64,000 bases of DNA from an uncultured Nitrososphaerota archaeon (GCA_964518475.1 CAZFGR010000001.1:64001-128000); one strand, 5' to 3'; shown: positions 20,160-30,030, numbered from the stretch's first letter. Numbers and translations are program-made. The notes: generated by a model not told the origin, from the sequence alone.

Positions 20160-20954
20160 TCACTGACTACTTGTTTTAAGAAACTTTAGTAGTGAAGGTA
20201 GCATCTCTTTTTTAATTGCATTATATACTTCCGACCCAAATATAGCCTCAAAAAAGAAATCGGACTTATCCTTAGCCATTCTTATAAAATTAACAAAATT
20301 ATCCCTCTTCATCTCCATTGAGAGTTTGTTAAGAACTATTGCTATATGAGTCAATAAGGACCCCCCAAAATTCTCGGTACGAATCTTAGCTCCAACTTTC
20401 TTCAACTGAACTATTGTTTTATGTGTAGGGTAAACAATTTTCAGATTCTCTAATTTTGAAACTGCGGGAGTATCGATAGCTAGGATGCCGATCGTTCCCT
20501 TTGGAACATAATCCAGTAACTTAAGGAACTTCACCAATTTACTGTTAGCATAAATATAAAGGATGTCTGGTTGAGACTCTATGATTTCTAGTACCTCATC
20601 TGCTACACCAAAAATTTCAAAGTATTTTTTTATGTCATCAATGCTTAGAGAGTCTAGACATTCTCTATATGGGAAAACCAGATCTTCTTCGGTAAGAACT
20701 TGAAACGGGGTTAGGAAGTATATTTCAAAATCAATAACATCAATGCTCTTCAGAATTTTTATTGCCTCTAGTAAGCCCTTGTTTCTCCCAACAGAAAAAA
20801 CCCTAAGCGCCGTGCTTGGAGATATTTTATATTTGTTATACGTTTCTTCGATAAATTCTCGAAGACCACCAGCATCTATTATGTCCTTCACGCTTATTTT
20901 AGATTGGGGGAAGCAAACGTCTTTAATGAGCGCTACCAACCTTATTTCATCCAT
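20160..20954 (-). CDS. Hypothetical protein
   Basis: 264-aa ORF; only weak resemblance to DUF6884/YaaA-like folds. Confidence 0.65.
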   Translation of the reverse strand: MDEIRLVALIKDVCFPQSKISVKDIIDAGGLREFIEETYNKYKISPSTALRVFSVGRNKGLLEAIKILKSIDVIDFEIYFLTPFQVLTEEDLVFPYRECLDSLSIDDIKKYFEIFGVADEVLEIIESQPDILYIYANSKLVKFLKLLDYVPKGTIGILAIDTPAVSKLENLKIVYPTHKTIVQLKKVGAKIRTENFGGSLLTHIAIVLNKLSMEMKRDNFVNFIRMAKDKSDFFFEAIFGSEVYNAIKKEMLPSLLKFLKTSSQ

Positions 20955-21090
20955 TCTCTTTATGCCTCATTTACCCATCTGAAAACATTTAAACACTTTT
21001 TAACGATAAAGCTTCTTCTTAACAAATTCTTGTTCAAGATATTTAAGCTAAAATATCATCTAGATAGCTTTATTAAACGGTGAAAGAGGA

Positions 21091-22407
21091 ATGAATTATA
21101 CAAATATACTACAGAGCGACTACTTTATCATACTTGCAGGCTTTCTCGTAGGTGCTATAATCGGTTTAGAAAGGCAATTCTCGACTGAGAAAGAGTTCAG
21201 TTCAAACATCGGGGAAAGAATGCCCGGAATTCGCACCTTTGGCCTAATATCTTTACTAGGAGCTATTTCTGCCCTGTATTTTAGAAAATATCAGTTGAAA
21301 GAAATGTTGATTTTCAGTATCATTGTTACGGTTGTTTTAATTATTGTTTACTCAATCCTGAGAGCTATGTATTATACGAAGGATATTGGTATTACAACAG
21401 CAACAGCAATGTCCCTTGCCTTTATCTCTGGCACAATTATTGGGTTCGGCGACATCGTACTGGGAATAACTCTCTCAATATTCACAACGTTCATTCTAGC
21501 TATAAAACAGACATTATCAAATCTCATCCAAGGATTAGAATATAACGAGATAAAATCTGCTTTACAGATAGGCATTCTAGCTCTACTATTGTTCCCCTTA
21601 ATTCCAGATGTTTATGATCCAATATTTCATGTTATCAACCTTAGGATATTCTTCCTATTCCTAATCCTCGTACTCTTCATAAGCTTCATAGCCTACATAA
21701 TTTTACGCCGATTCGGACCAATGCAGGGTCTATTAACATTCACAGTAATGGGTGGTCTAATAAATTCTGAAGCTACAGCAATGAACCTAATAAGAATATT
21801 CGAAAGGGGGGCAAGGGAATATGCCTCTGATAAAATACACCAAGCGATCTCTACTGGTGTTTTATTAGTAAACATTTCAATGATTGTTAGAACCATCTTC
21901 TTAGTAAGCATACTTGCTTGGTGGGATGTGGAGTTTATAAAATATATTTCCCTCCTACTGGGACTACCAGCTCTCTTCGGGATTTTACTAGCATATTTAC
22001 GATTCCATGTAATCTCTGAAAGTAAAGTAGCCGAAATACAATTAGAGAGCCCTCTCTCATACAAAAAAGCTCTGAAATTTACATTAGCCTTTACAGTAAT
22101 CACGTTCCTCACAATACTAGTTGAGGAAATAATGCCTTTACATGGCTTATTACTGGGAAGTATAATTGGAGGATTCGTCAGTAACTCAGCCGTGATTTTA
22201 TCCGTAATATCTCTCTACGCTACTAAAAATACTCTCTCCTTTAAGGAGACTCTAGAGGCGATTTTAGCTAGTACAATATCTAGTATCCTTAACAAGGTAT
22301 ACTACGCGAAAGTAGCTGGAGCTAACGCTAGTGTTATCCTTAGAATACTCACGGATAATATCATCCTCGCACTCCTGATGTTAATACTATTCTTAATTAT
22401 GGTATAA
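21091..22407 (+). CDS. MgtC/SapB-DUF4010 membrane protein
   Basis: IGLERQ, GIRTFGLISLLG, IGITT and GGLINSEA motifs; about 12 TM helices. Confidence 0.9.
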   Translation: MNYTNILQSDYFIILAGFLVGAIIGLERQFSTEKEFSSNIGERMPGIRTFGLISLLGAISALYFRKYQLKEMLIFSIIVTVVLIIVYSILRAMYYTKDIGITTATAMSLAFISGTIIGFGDIVLGITLSIFTTFILAIKQTLSNLIQGLEYNEIKSALQIGILALLLFPLIPDVYDPIFHVINLRIFFLFLILVLFISFIAYIILRRFGPMQGLLTFTVMGGLINSEATAMNLIRIFERGAREYASDKIHQAISTGVLLVNISMIVRTIFLVSILAWWDVEFIKYISLLLGLPALFGILLAYLRFHVISESKVAEIQLESPLSYKKALKFTLAFTVITFLTILVEEIMPLHGLLLGSIIGGFVSNSAVILSVISLYATKNTLSFKETLEAILASTISSILNKVYYAKVAGANASVILRILTDNIILALLMLILFLIMV

Positions 22408-22437
22408 GGATCGCACAATTATTCGGAGGATACAGGC

Positions 22438-23226
22438 ATGGATCCAGAAAAACTCCTAGACATTCTCCTAGAGATCCTCCGTAGCATCGATTACAAGAGG
22501 ATTCTACAACAGAGAGGAATACGCGGATATAACCCATCTGGTGACGAATCATTCTTATTTGACGTCATCGTTGAAGAAAGAATTGCAAAAATGCTACGAA
22601 AAAAACAGTTTGAGGGAGAGATACGAGGTGAGGAGAAAGGGAACTATGGTGGAGATCCCTCCAAAGGCATCATAATCATCGACCCCGTCGATGGTTCCAC
22701 AAACGCTCACCAAGGCATACCATTCTACGCAACTCTCATAGCCTACGCAGAAAATGACCACCTAAACGATATCCAACTAGGCATCGCCTACGCACCCTCT
22801 CTAAGAAAAACTTACTGGGCGATAAGGGGCAAGGGAGCATACCTAATAAATGGAGAAAACGTAAGGAAACTAACAATTCCGCGAGAAAAAACGCTACCGA
22901 GACCCCTCATAGAAGTCACGTCAACATATACCCTAAAACATGCCGATAAAATCAATAAAATCGGGAAAATACGCCACTTTGGATCCATAGGCCTAGCAAC
23001 TTGCTTAGCAGCAGAAGGAAAACTAGCAGCCGTCATCGATATAGGGAGAAGAACAAGAATACCAGATATCGCGGCCCCAAGCCTAATAATACGAGAAGCA
23101 GGCGGCGACATCGTAATTGACACAAAAAGACCCTTAGAACCAACCACACGACTAAACTTCATCGCCGGCCACAAAGAATTCGTAGGGATACTAGCGAGAA
23201 CATTATGGTACAGAAGAAGGAAATAA
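22438..23226 (+). CDS. Inositol monophosphatase / FBPase family protein
   Basis: GEE, IIDPVDGSTNA, RHFGS and DIAAPSLIIREAGG motifs. Confidence 0.92.
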   Translation: MDPEKLLDILLEILRSIDYKRILQQRGIRGYNPSGDESFLFDVIVEERIAKMLRKKQFEGEIRGEEKGNYGGDPSKGIIIIDPVDGSTNAHQGIPFYATLIAYAENDHLNDIQLGIAYAPSLRKTYWAIRGKGAYLINGENVRKLTIPREKTLPRPLIEVTSTYTLKHADKINKIGKIRHFGSIGLATCLAAEGKLAAVIDIGRRTRIPDIAAPSLIIREAGGDIVIDTKRPLEPTTRLNFIAGHKEFVGILARTLWYRRRK

Positions 23227-23228
23227 GA

Positions 23229-23302
23229 TGGTGCGCCGGGCGGGACTCGAACCCGCGCCACCGGCTTGGCAGGCCGGCATCCTTCCGCTAGACTACCGGC
23301 GC
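23229..23302 (-). tRNA. tRNA-Gly(GCC), CCA encoded
   Basis: GCGCCGG/CCGGCGC acceptor stem, CCGGC-CTGCCAA-GCCGG anticodon arm, GGTTCGAGTCCC T-arm, ACCA end. Confidence 0.97.
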
Positions 23303-23647
23303 ATCCCAGACTCCTAATCCTCCATAGTCTTAGATATTACTAATTAGAGATCAATTATAAAACTTTCACTAATAGGGGAAGCTTGGAGGAGCACATCCTA
23401 TAGAAACTTCACCCATACCCATTTCCTGATAACTACCCTCCTGATTTCATCATTCATAACTTAGATTTTCTGGAAATTTCAGTAATATACTCCCTATTTC
23501 TGATCAGTGTAGAAGGTTAGCGTATAGTTAATTCTTGAAAAATCTTTTTATGAAATATAAAGCAATAGATAGTTCTTAAAGAGACTCTTGAATTGAGAAA
23601 ATCCATAATATTCTTACTTAGAAAAATTTGACGTAATATCATAGAGC

Positions 23648-23698
23648 ATGATGAAAACCCGGTCCTGGGATTTCAATGACCGGACGCAGCAGATCTGA
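23648..23698 (+). ncRNA. C/D-box guide sRNA (degenerate internal boxes)
   Basis: ATGATGA...CTGA spanning 51 nt; GC-rich island in an AT-rich spacer; D'/C' (GGGA / ATGACCG) weak. Confidence 0.65.
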
Positions 23699-23826
23699 GC
23701 AATTAGCATAAATAGTATTGTTTTATTCCCGATAGGCGTCTTAGTAACTAGTTAGCGCACCATAACATAAATAGTAAATATAATAAATGTTTTCGTCCGA
23801 AGCAATTAGTTACTAACGGAGAAGCA

Positions 23827-24501
23827 TTGGAGGGGTTGAGTTTGTCTATAAAGGAGAGAATGGAACTAAAGGGAACAACTACAGTGGGCTTAGTTTTCAA
23901 GGATGGAGTTGTAATTGCGGCAGATAAAAGAGCGAGCGCTGGAACTTTTATTGCTAGTAGGAGAGCACAGAAAATCTACGCGATAACTAATAAAATAGTA
24001 TTTACGACATCTGGTCTAGTAGCTGATGCTCAGATCTTGGTAAGATGGATTCAAAACCATATTCGTAGGTTAACAATAGAGAGGGAAAGAGAACCATTAG
24101 TACGCGAAGTTGCTAATTTAACATCAATTCTTATGCACAATTATTTCAAAAGTTTGCTGCCTTTTCAGGTACACTTCATAATAGGGGGATTAGATGTTCT
24201 TGGACCTCATATATTTTTCTTAGATCACTCTGGAGCTGTGCAAGAGGATAAATTCATGGCTACGGGTAGTGGATCCCCAATAGCTTTTGGTGTATTAGAA
24301 GCCTACTATAAGGATAGGATGGATCAAGAAGAAGCAATAATGCTTGCTCTTAGAGCACTGAGATCCGCAATAAGGAGAGACGCAGCAACTGGCGATGGAA
24401 TAGATCTTGCTGTTATTACAGAAAAAGGTATAAGATTTTTCAAGCCAGAAGAAATTGATGCGTATCTTGCTGATCTTAAAAAACTTCTTGAGGAAGGTTA
24501 G
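23827..24501 (+). CDS. psmB: Proteasome beta subunit
   Basis: Propeptide-KG|TTTVG, AADKRAS, GSGS and RDAATGDG motifs. Confidence 0.96.
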   Translation: MEGLSLSIKERMELKGTTTVGLVFKDGVVIAADKRASAGTFIASRRAQKIYAITNKIVFTTSGLVADAQILVRWIQNHIRRLTIEREREPLVREVANLTSILMHNYFKSLLPFQVHFIIGGLDVLGPHIFFLDHSGAVQEDKFMATGSGSPIAFGVLEAYYKDRMDQEEAIMLALRALRSAIRRDAATGDGIDLAVITEKGIRFFKPEEIDAYLADLKKLLEEG

Positions 24502-24558
24502 AAAGTCTCATTCCCACTTTTTTAAACTTTCAGAAAAATTTTCAGGGAGGCGTAAAGC

Positions 24559-26136
24559 GTGCAAACGGCGACCCTATCAATTCCTATGCGTAAAAGTGAA
24601 AAACCAAGGGTTCGGATTAGGGGCATCTACGCAACCGCGCTAACAAAGATTTTTCTCGATAATGGTTTTGAGATAATACAGCCAAGTGAAGTTGTTGCTA
24701 AAAGGTTTTCTCTATCAACGGTTCGTTATCTTTCTCCGCAAATTGACATTGTAGACAAGCCTGATAAACATGGTGTTATAATAGAGAGTTTATCAGAGAT
24801 GACTGACAGAGTGAGCAAAATACTTTTTGATGAATTATTGGATGTGATAGTTCATAAATCAAAAGTCCAGAAAGGAGCGGTTTACAAAGGGATAATCTAT
24901 AGACCTGCACCCTCTGGAGGATACATTGTAAAACTAACACCAAATCTTGATGGTTTGCTACCAGTTGAAGAAGCTACGAAACAATCATTAAAATTGGGGG
25001 ATACAGTATTAGTTGAGGTAAAAAATCCAAATTCGAACGGATTACCGATCGTGTCCATGAAAATAACTATCCCCGGCGACTTTGCTGTATTGATTCCAGA
25101 AGAATCAGTACGGGTTTCTCATAAAATTAAGGGAGGAGCTCGTTACAAATTACTGGAGCTTGGAAAAATCCTAAGACCAGATGGTTGGGGAATTGTATGG
25201 AGAACTGGTGCAGCGAATGCGGAACTAGAGGAGTTACAGGAAGAAATTAAGATCCTACATGAACAAGCAGAAAAATTACAAGAACTAGCAGAAAATTCTC
25301 CAGCGCTTGTGAAGTTGAGAAATGGATTCGACATAGTCACAGTGGAATTCCCATTTATGAGCAAGACTAAACTTGATGAGATACGTGCACAAGTATTCAA
25401 CACAGTTAAGTATCATCATCTGTTTAAGACATATGGTAACAATATTACGAGATTAGTAGATTTTGCAGAGAAGTATCTATCTCAACATATCTCAATAGAG
25501 AAGATAAATAATGCCCTAAGAGAGTATTTTACTAACGAAATTTTATTCTCAGAAGGTAGAGTAATAAAGATTCACCATATAAAGATCTATGGTCGGGAAG
25601 TAATACTAGGGCCCGCGAAGATAATAATGCGTAAGAATACTGATACTGAAAGAGTTGAGTACAGGCTACATAGGAGATTTATGCCTGGTGGGTATTACGA
25701 TGGTATAGGAGCTCCTAAAGAAGCTGGCGACTATGGAGTAACGATTGTTAGATTATTTGATGACAAGTTAATTACAGCCTACTTCTCCATAGAGAATGAT
25801 TTGAAAGGAATTTACATCAATATTAACACGCCAATAGAGCCCGGCAACGATGGCTTCCGATATATAGATCTCGAAATAGATGTGGTTCTTACGCAGGAGA
25901 ACCAAGTAATGATCCTAGATTCGCAAAAATTGGAAAGATACGTGAATGAGGGAATAATTTCGCAAAACTTGGCAGACTTCGCGAAGAAACGTGCGGAAGA
26001 ATATAAAGAGTGGCTAGAAAATAAGGGAGTGGAAGAGATTCTAGGAATATGTGACGAAGTTCGTAGAAAACTAGAAGAATCAATAGAAACAGATGAAAGC
26101 ACGGAAAGCCTAGAAGATCAACTAATGAGTGGTTAA
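24559..26136 (+). CDS. fau-1: Ribonuclease FAU-1 (S1 / RNase E-G-like / DUF402)
   Basis: VRIRGIYATALTK, GWGIVWRTGA, YININTPIE and YIDLEIDVV motifs. Confidence 0.9.
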   Translation: MQTATLSIPMRKSEKPRVRIRGIYATALTKIFLDNGFEIIQPSEVVAKRFSLSTVRYLSPQIDIVDKPDKHGVIIESLSEMTDRVSKILFDELLDVIVHKSKVQKGAVYKGIIYRPAPSGGYIVKLTPNLDGLLPVEEATKQSLKLGDTVLVEVKNPNSNGLPIVSMKITIPGDFAVLIPEESVRVSHKIKGGARYKLLELGKILRPDGWGIVWRTGAANAELEELQEEIKILHEQAEKLQELAENSPALVKLRNGFDIVTVEFPFMSKTKLDEIRAQVFNTVKYHHLFKTYGNNITRLVDFAEKYLSQHISIEKINNALREYFTNEILFSEGRVIKIHHIKIYGREVILGPAKIIMRKNTDTERVEYRLHRRFMPGGYYDGIGAPKEAGDYGVTIVRLFDDKLITAYFSIENDLKGIYININTPIEPGNDGFRYIDLEIDVVLTQENQVMILDSQKLERYVNEGIISQNLADFAKKRAEEYKEWLENKGVEEILGICDEVRRKLEESIETDESTESLEDQLMSG

Positions 26137-27458
26137 ATCGTAATTTTCTTTTTCTTTATTTTATCGAAAATAGCATTCACACGGTTTGTCCACTCAAAAA
26201 TTTTTTCTGGATTATGGGGGTAATTCAAATAAAGATCCTGAACAATTGCTGTGTACCGCGCTATATCTACCAAGCTCCAAAAAATTCTGGGTTTAAGAAT
26301 ATTTGTCAGTAATGCAAGACTAACGTGCAGTATAGTATTTAGATCAAAAGACATCCTTTCTGGGAGCGCTGAAGCGAATAAATACAAATTTTTGGGAGAG
26401 AACTTTTGCACAAAAATCCGTAGAGCATCTAACATAGCCAGCATCCAGCCACGATCTCTCATGAATCTAATGTTAAATTCCCATAAATCATTAGTAGACG
26501 GAGGATTATCAGAACTATTAAGAGTTTCTATCAAAACGTTACTGGCAACCTTAGCTACATATAGAGCTCCGTATATTCCGCCTTCGAAAACAGGGTTACC
26601 ATGAGAAGCTGCATCACCTAAAACCATAAATCCATTGAAAACACTGGAGGATAAAGGTCTACGAATCGGGAGCACTCCATATAATCTTCTTGCAGGTCTC
26701 TGTTTGATTCTTAGAATTCTCCGCAAATACACCAATCTATCACTTAATGACACACCATCTGGAAGAGGGGTCAAACCGAGACCAATAATAGTTTTTCTCT
26801 CTAATGGAGTTATCCAGCAGTATCCTCCGGGGGCTAAAGTATTCGAGAGGATTATTGTGGGTGTTTCAAAATCAGAGGTGTTTGGAATTTCATCTACTCC
26901 CCCAACAATTAGATCATTAAGGCTAATTTCTGTCTCCGGCAAGTATCCCGTTAGTCTTTTTCTGAGAGTTGCATTAAATCCTGTAGCATCAATGGTGACT
27001 AGGCCTCTTTGAACTTTCTCATCACTCAGCATAAATCCACTAACATAGGAATTCTCAAGGACAAGATTCTCAACCTTTTTACAAGTAAAAACGCCCACGC
27101 CGACTTCTTTTAATCGCTGAAGTATCTCTTGGCCGAGTTTTTCTCTATTTATGTGGACTAAATCGAGTCTAATGCGAGAAAGTTCGTTGAACCTCTCGTC
27201 AAAAATTGTTATGTGCTTAAAAGACTCATCCACGACATTTTCAACATCAATGTCCATTTCCTTCAAAAAGTCAATTACTTTCTGCGAAGATAAGCCTCCA
27301 CAAGCTTTATTACCCAGAAAATCTTGATTTTTCTTATACTCAAATAGAGCAACTCGAAAACTCTCTGAGGCTAACTTATAGGCGAGAAAACTCCCAGCAA
27401 AGCCTCCACCAGCAATTAGCACATCATAATCATAACTTTTCCTTAACATTAAGAACAC
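26133..27458 (-). CDS. Geranylgeranyl reductase family flavoprotein
   Basis: GGGFAG, KACGG, DATG, PGGYCWITP and GDAA...GGI motifs. Confidence 0.88.
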   Translation of the reverse strand: MFLMLRKSYDYDVLIAGGGFAGSFLAYKLASESFRVALFEYKKNQDFLGNKACGGLSSQKVIDFLKEMDIDVENVVDESFKHITIFDERFNELSRIRLDLVHINREKLGQEILQRLKEVGVGVFTCKKVENLVLENSYVSGFMLSDEKVQRGLVTIDATGFNATLRKRLTGYLPETEISLNDLIVGGVDEIPNTSDFETPTIILSNTLAPGGYCWITPLERKTIIGLGLTPLPDGVSLSDRLVYLRRILRIKQRPARRLYGVLPIRRPLSSSVFNGFMVLGDAASHGNPVFEGGIYGALYVAKVASNVLIETLNSSDNPPSTNDLWEFNIRFMRDRGWMLAMLDALRIFVQKFSPKNLYLFASALPERMSFDLNTILHVSLALLTNILKPRIFWSLVDIARYTAIVQDLYLNYPHNPEKIFEWTNRVNAIFDKIKKKKITI

Positions 27459-27655
27459 CAGTATTTCTCCAAAGCGAGAGAGTTGAAATTCCTTACCACG
27501 TATATTTCAATGATAGGAGCCCTAAATGCACGTCTTAGGAATGCTTAGGGATAATGCGAATAAACTTTAGATTATGTAGATTTTTGAGAGTCATACTTAA
27601 TTAGTCAGAGATGATACATTAAGTATAAATGAATGATTAGGCGCTGGGAATCTAT

Positions 27656-27714
27656 GCCGATGAAGAGAACAGGCCCCACCGAAAAATCATGAAGAGCCCT
27701 CGAAGGTCTGAGGC
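27656..27714 (+). ncRNA. C/D-box guide sRNA
   Basis: C ATGAAGA (27660), guide GAACAGGCCCCA, D' CCGA, C' ATGAAGA, guide GCCCTCGAAGGT, D CTGA; GCC/GGC terminal stem; TATA-like element at about 27620-27630. Confidence 0.88.
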
Positions 27715-27998
27715 TACTTCGCCTTCGCAGCAGCTTTTACTGTTTTCCACTCAGTGTATCCGCAACGACCACAACTCCATCGATCTGGGTGTTCTGCAAG
27801 GAAAACTCCAGGGCCGCACACTGGACAGAACTTTCGTAATCTAACTAGCTTTCCATTCTCTACTCGGTACAAGTGGGAAATCACAAATAGTTTCTTACCT
27901 TTTATCTCAGCATATGGCTTCTTCTTATGTTTTTTCTTCTTTCCAGCACGCTTTCTTATCCTTTGTTTCTTCTTAACTTTCTTACCCATTATATTCAC
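27714..27998 (-). CDS. rps27ae: 30S ribosomal protein S27ae (eS31) with long basic N-terminal extension
   Basis: [38 protein letters not shown]. Confidence 0.95.
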   Translation of the reverse strand: MNIMGKKVKKKQRIRKRAGKKKKHKKKPYAEIKGKKLFVISHLYRVENGKLVRLRKFCPVCGPGVFLAEHPDRWSCGRCGYTEWKTVKAAAKAK

Positions 27999-28302
27999 CC
28001 TCTTTTTCTTTTAAGATGCCATTCCTAATTAGTATATGCTTTGGCTCAATTTCCAACATTTTCTCCCGCGAATCGTAAACAAAAGCTTCCACAATTGACT
28101 CATTTACACCAAATGGTGTTTTAATATTTCGAATAACTACTAAGTCTTCTGGGATATTTAGTAATTTAGCAATAGTTTCCTTAACAATCTTCCTGGATGG
28201 TGTACCCTGAGCATCATGAACGACGCGAAAGCGATACTCTGTTCTGAATAGCAACTTATTCTCAAATTTAGAGAGCATTTCGACTTTTAAACTCATGACC
28301 AC
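27982..28302 (-). CDS. rps24e: 30S ribosomal protein S24e
   Basis: [19 protein letters not shown] and EPKHILIRN motifs. Confidence 0.95.
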   Translation of the reverse strand: MVMSLKVEMLSKFENKLLFRTEYRFRVVHDAQGTPSRKIVKETIAKLLNIPEDLVVIRNIKTPFGVNESIVEAFVYDSREKMLEIEPKHILIRNGILKEKEGEYNG

Positions 28303-28601
28303 AACCTCATTGAATTAATTGCGACGACTATAACTAACGCTTTCTAGCATTTTTGTTTTTAATATTAACTATTCCCTTAGCACTGCGGAAGGAGACAGCA
28401 TACCCCGTACTATTTCTGGGTAAGAGGTATAGGTTTCTAAGCGGATTTAGAGCTGATATAGCTGGGGAATTGATTATGATAGATGGAAATGATTTAAATA
28501 CCGCTAGGAGGGAGTTTAAAGGAGATAAAGATCCATCAAGGTTTTAAAGGTAACAATCTTAAAAGATATTACTATCCTTCACGAAATACGGGTGAGTAAA
28601 A

Positions 28602-29937
28602 ATGGCTAGAAAGAAACCACACATAAACTTAGTTATTATCGGGCACGTAGACCATGGAAAGAGCACCACCGTAGGACACTTCCTCTATCTAGTAGGCGCG
28701 ATTGATGATAGAGTAATTAAGAAGTACGAGGAAGAGGCAAAGCAAATCGGAAGAGAATCTTGGAAGTACGCCTGGGTGCTAGATAAACTCGCAGAAGAAA
28801 GAAAGAGAGGACTTACAATAGACCTAGGATACTTCAAATTCGAAACACCAAAGTACATGTTCACAATCATCGATGCCCCTGGACACAGAGACTTCATCAA
28901 GAACATGATTACTGGTGCAAGTCAAGCAGACGCGGCGATTCTAGTAGTTTCCGCTAAAAGAAACGAGTTTGAAGCTGGATATGCTCTAGGAGGACAGACA
29001 CGAGAGCACGCCATCTTAGCTAAGACACTAGGGATCGATCAAATGATTGTTCTCATTAACAAAATGGATGCCGTGAACTGGGACAAATCGGTCTATGAAG
29101 AAATAAAGAACGAAATGCTAAGATTCCTAACAGGCATCGGTTACAAGCCAGACCAAATAAAAGCCGTGATACCTGTAAGCGGACTACTAGGAGACAACCT
29201 GAAGGAGAAGTCTCCTAACATGCCTTGGTATGACGGACCTACACTATACGAAGCCCTCGACCTCCTTGAACCACCCAAACCAATGGTCGATAAGCCGTTC
29301 AGAATGCCCATCCAGAAAGTCTTCAAGATAAAGGGTGTTGGAACAGTAGTAACTGGAAGAGTCGAAACTGGAAAACTAAAGAAAGGAGACCAAGTAATAA
29401 TCCAGCCTCTAGGAAAGCAAACAATCGCACAATCCATCGAGATGCACCACGAACCCCTAGACGAAGCAGTACCAGGAGATAACGTAGGCGTAAACCTCAA
29501 AGGAATATCGGCCGACGAAGTCAAACGTGGTGACGTCATGGGTCATCCCGATAACCCACCAACAGTCGTTGGACCAGGATATGGTACATTCCTAGCTAGA
29601 GTATGGGTCATCTGGCACCCAACAAGCATAAGTGCTGGTTACACACCCGTAATGCATGCGCATACACTACAAGTAGCTACTAGGTTCGTACACTTACACG
29701 CAAAGTACGGACCAAAAGGCGAACTACTAGAAGAAAATCCAAGCTTTATAAAGAAAGGAGAATACGCCCTAGTAGAGCTCGAACCAATCAAACCATCAGT
29801 CATCGAGAAATTCAGCGAATTCCCACCATTAGGGCGCTTCGCTGTACGGGATACCGTGGGGGTTCACGCCCCCACGGCCCGAAATGGGACAGCTAGTGGC
29901 CGTAGGAGTCGTCCAGGAGATCAAGAAGGCGCAATAA
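28602..29937 (+). CDS. tuf: Elongation factor 1-alpha; join(28602..29852,29884..29937), 434 aa after splicing
   Basis: GHVDHGKST, RGLTID, DAPGHRDF and NKMD motifs; the conserved C-terminus MGQLVAVGVVQEIKKAQ* is in another frame after a 31-nt insert. Confidence 0.95.
29853..29883 (+). other. Bulge-helix-bulge (BHB) intron in EF-1alpha pre-mRNA
   Basis: CGGG/CCCG 4-bp central helix, 3-nt bulges AT^A and AA^A, 9-bp GC-rich intron stem; excision restores GRFAVRD-MGQ. Confidence 0.88.
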
Positions 29938-29970
29938 TCCCAGCGGAGCCAATAATTTCTCTTCCCAGAA

Positions 29971-30030
29971 TTTTACCAATTTTTTCTTTTCCCATTGCTA
30001 ATTCTCTCTAAACTTATTTTTGTTTTTTAT
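29971..30030 (+). terminator. Oligo-T terminator region after EF-1alpha
   Basis: T-tracts at 29971-29990 and about 30014-30030 between convergent genes. Confidence 0.5.

Noticed and set aside
23380-23456. Minus-strand ATGATGA upstream of tRNA-Gly as another C/D sRNA
   Set aside because: No D box at a suitable distance.
28353-28547. 64-aa ORF or ncRNA between rps24e and tuf
   Set aside because: No motif, SD or convincing fold; it overlaps the divergent promoter region.
28602-30011. EF-1alpha as a frameshifted pseudogene or as a genuine 469-aa protein
   Set aside because: All motifs are intact, codon usage looks highly expressed, and the break is a structured 31-nt insert whose BHB cut sites restore the frame exactly.
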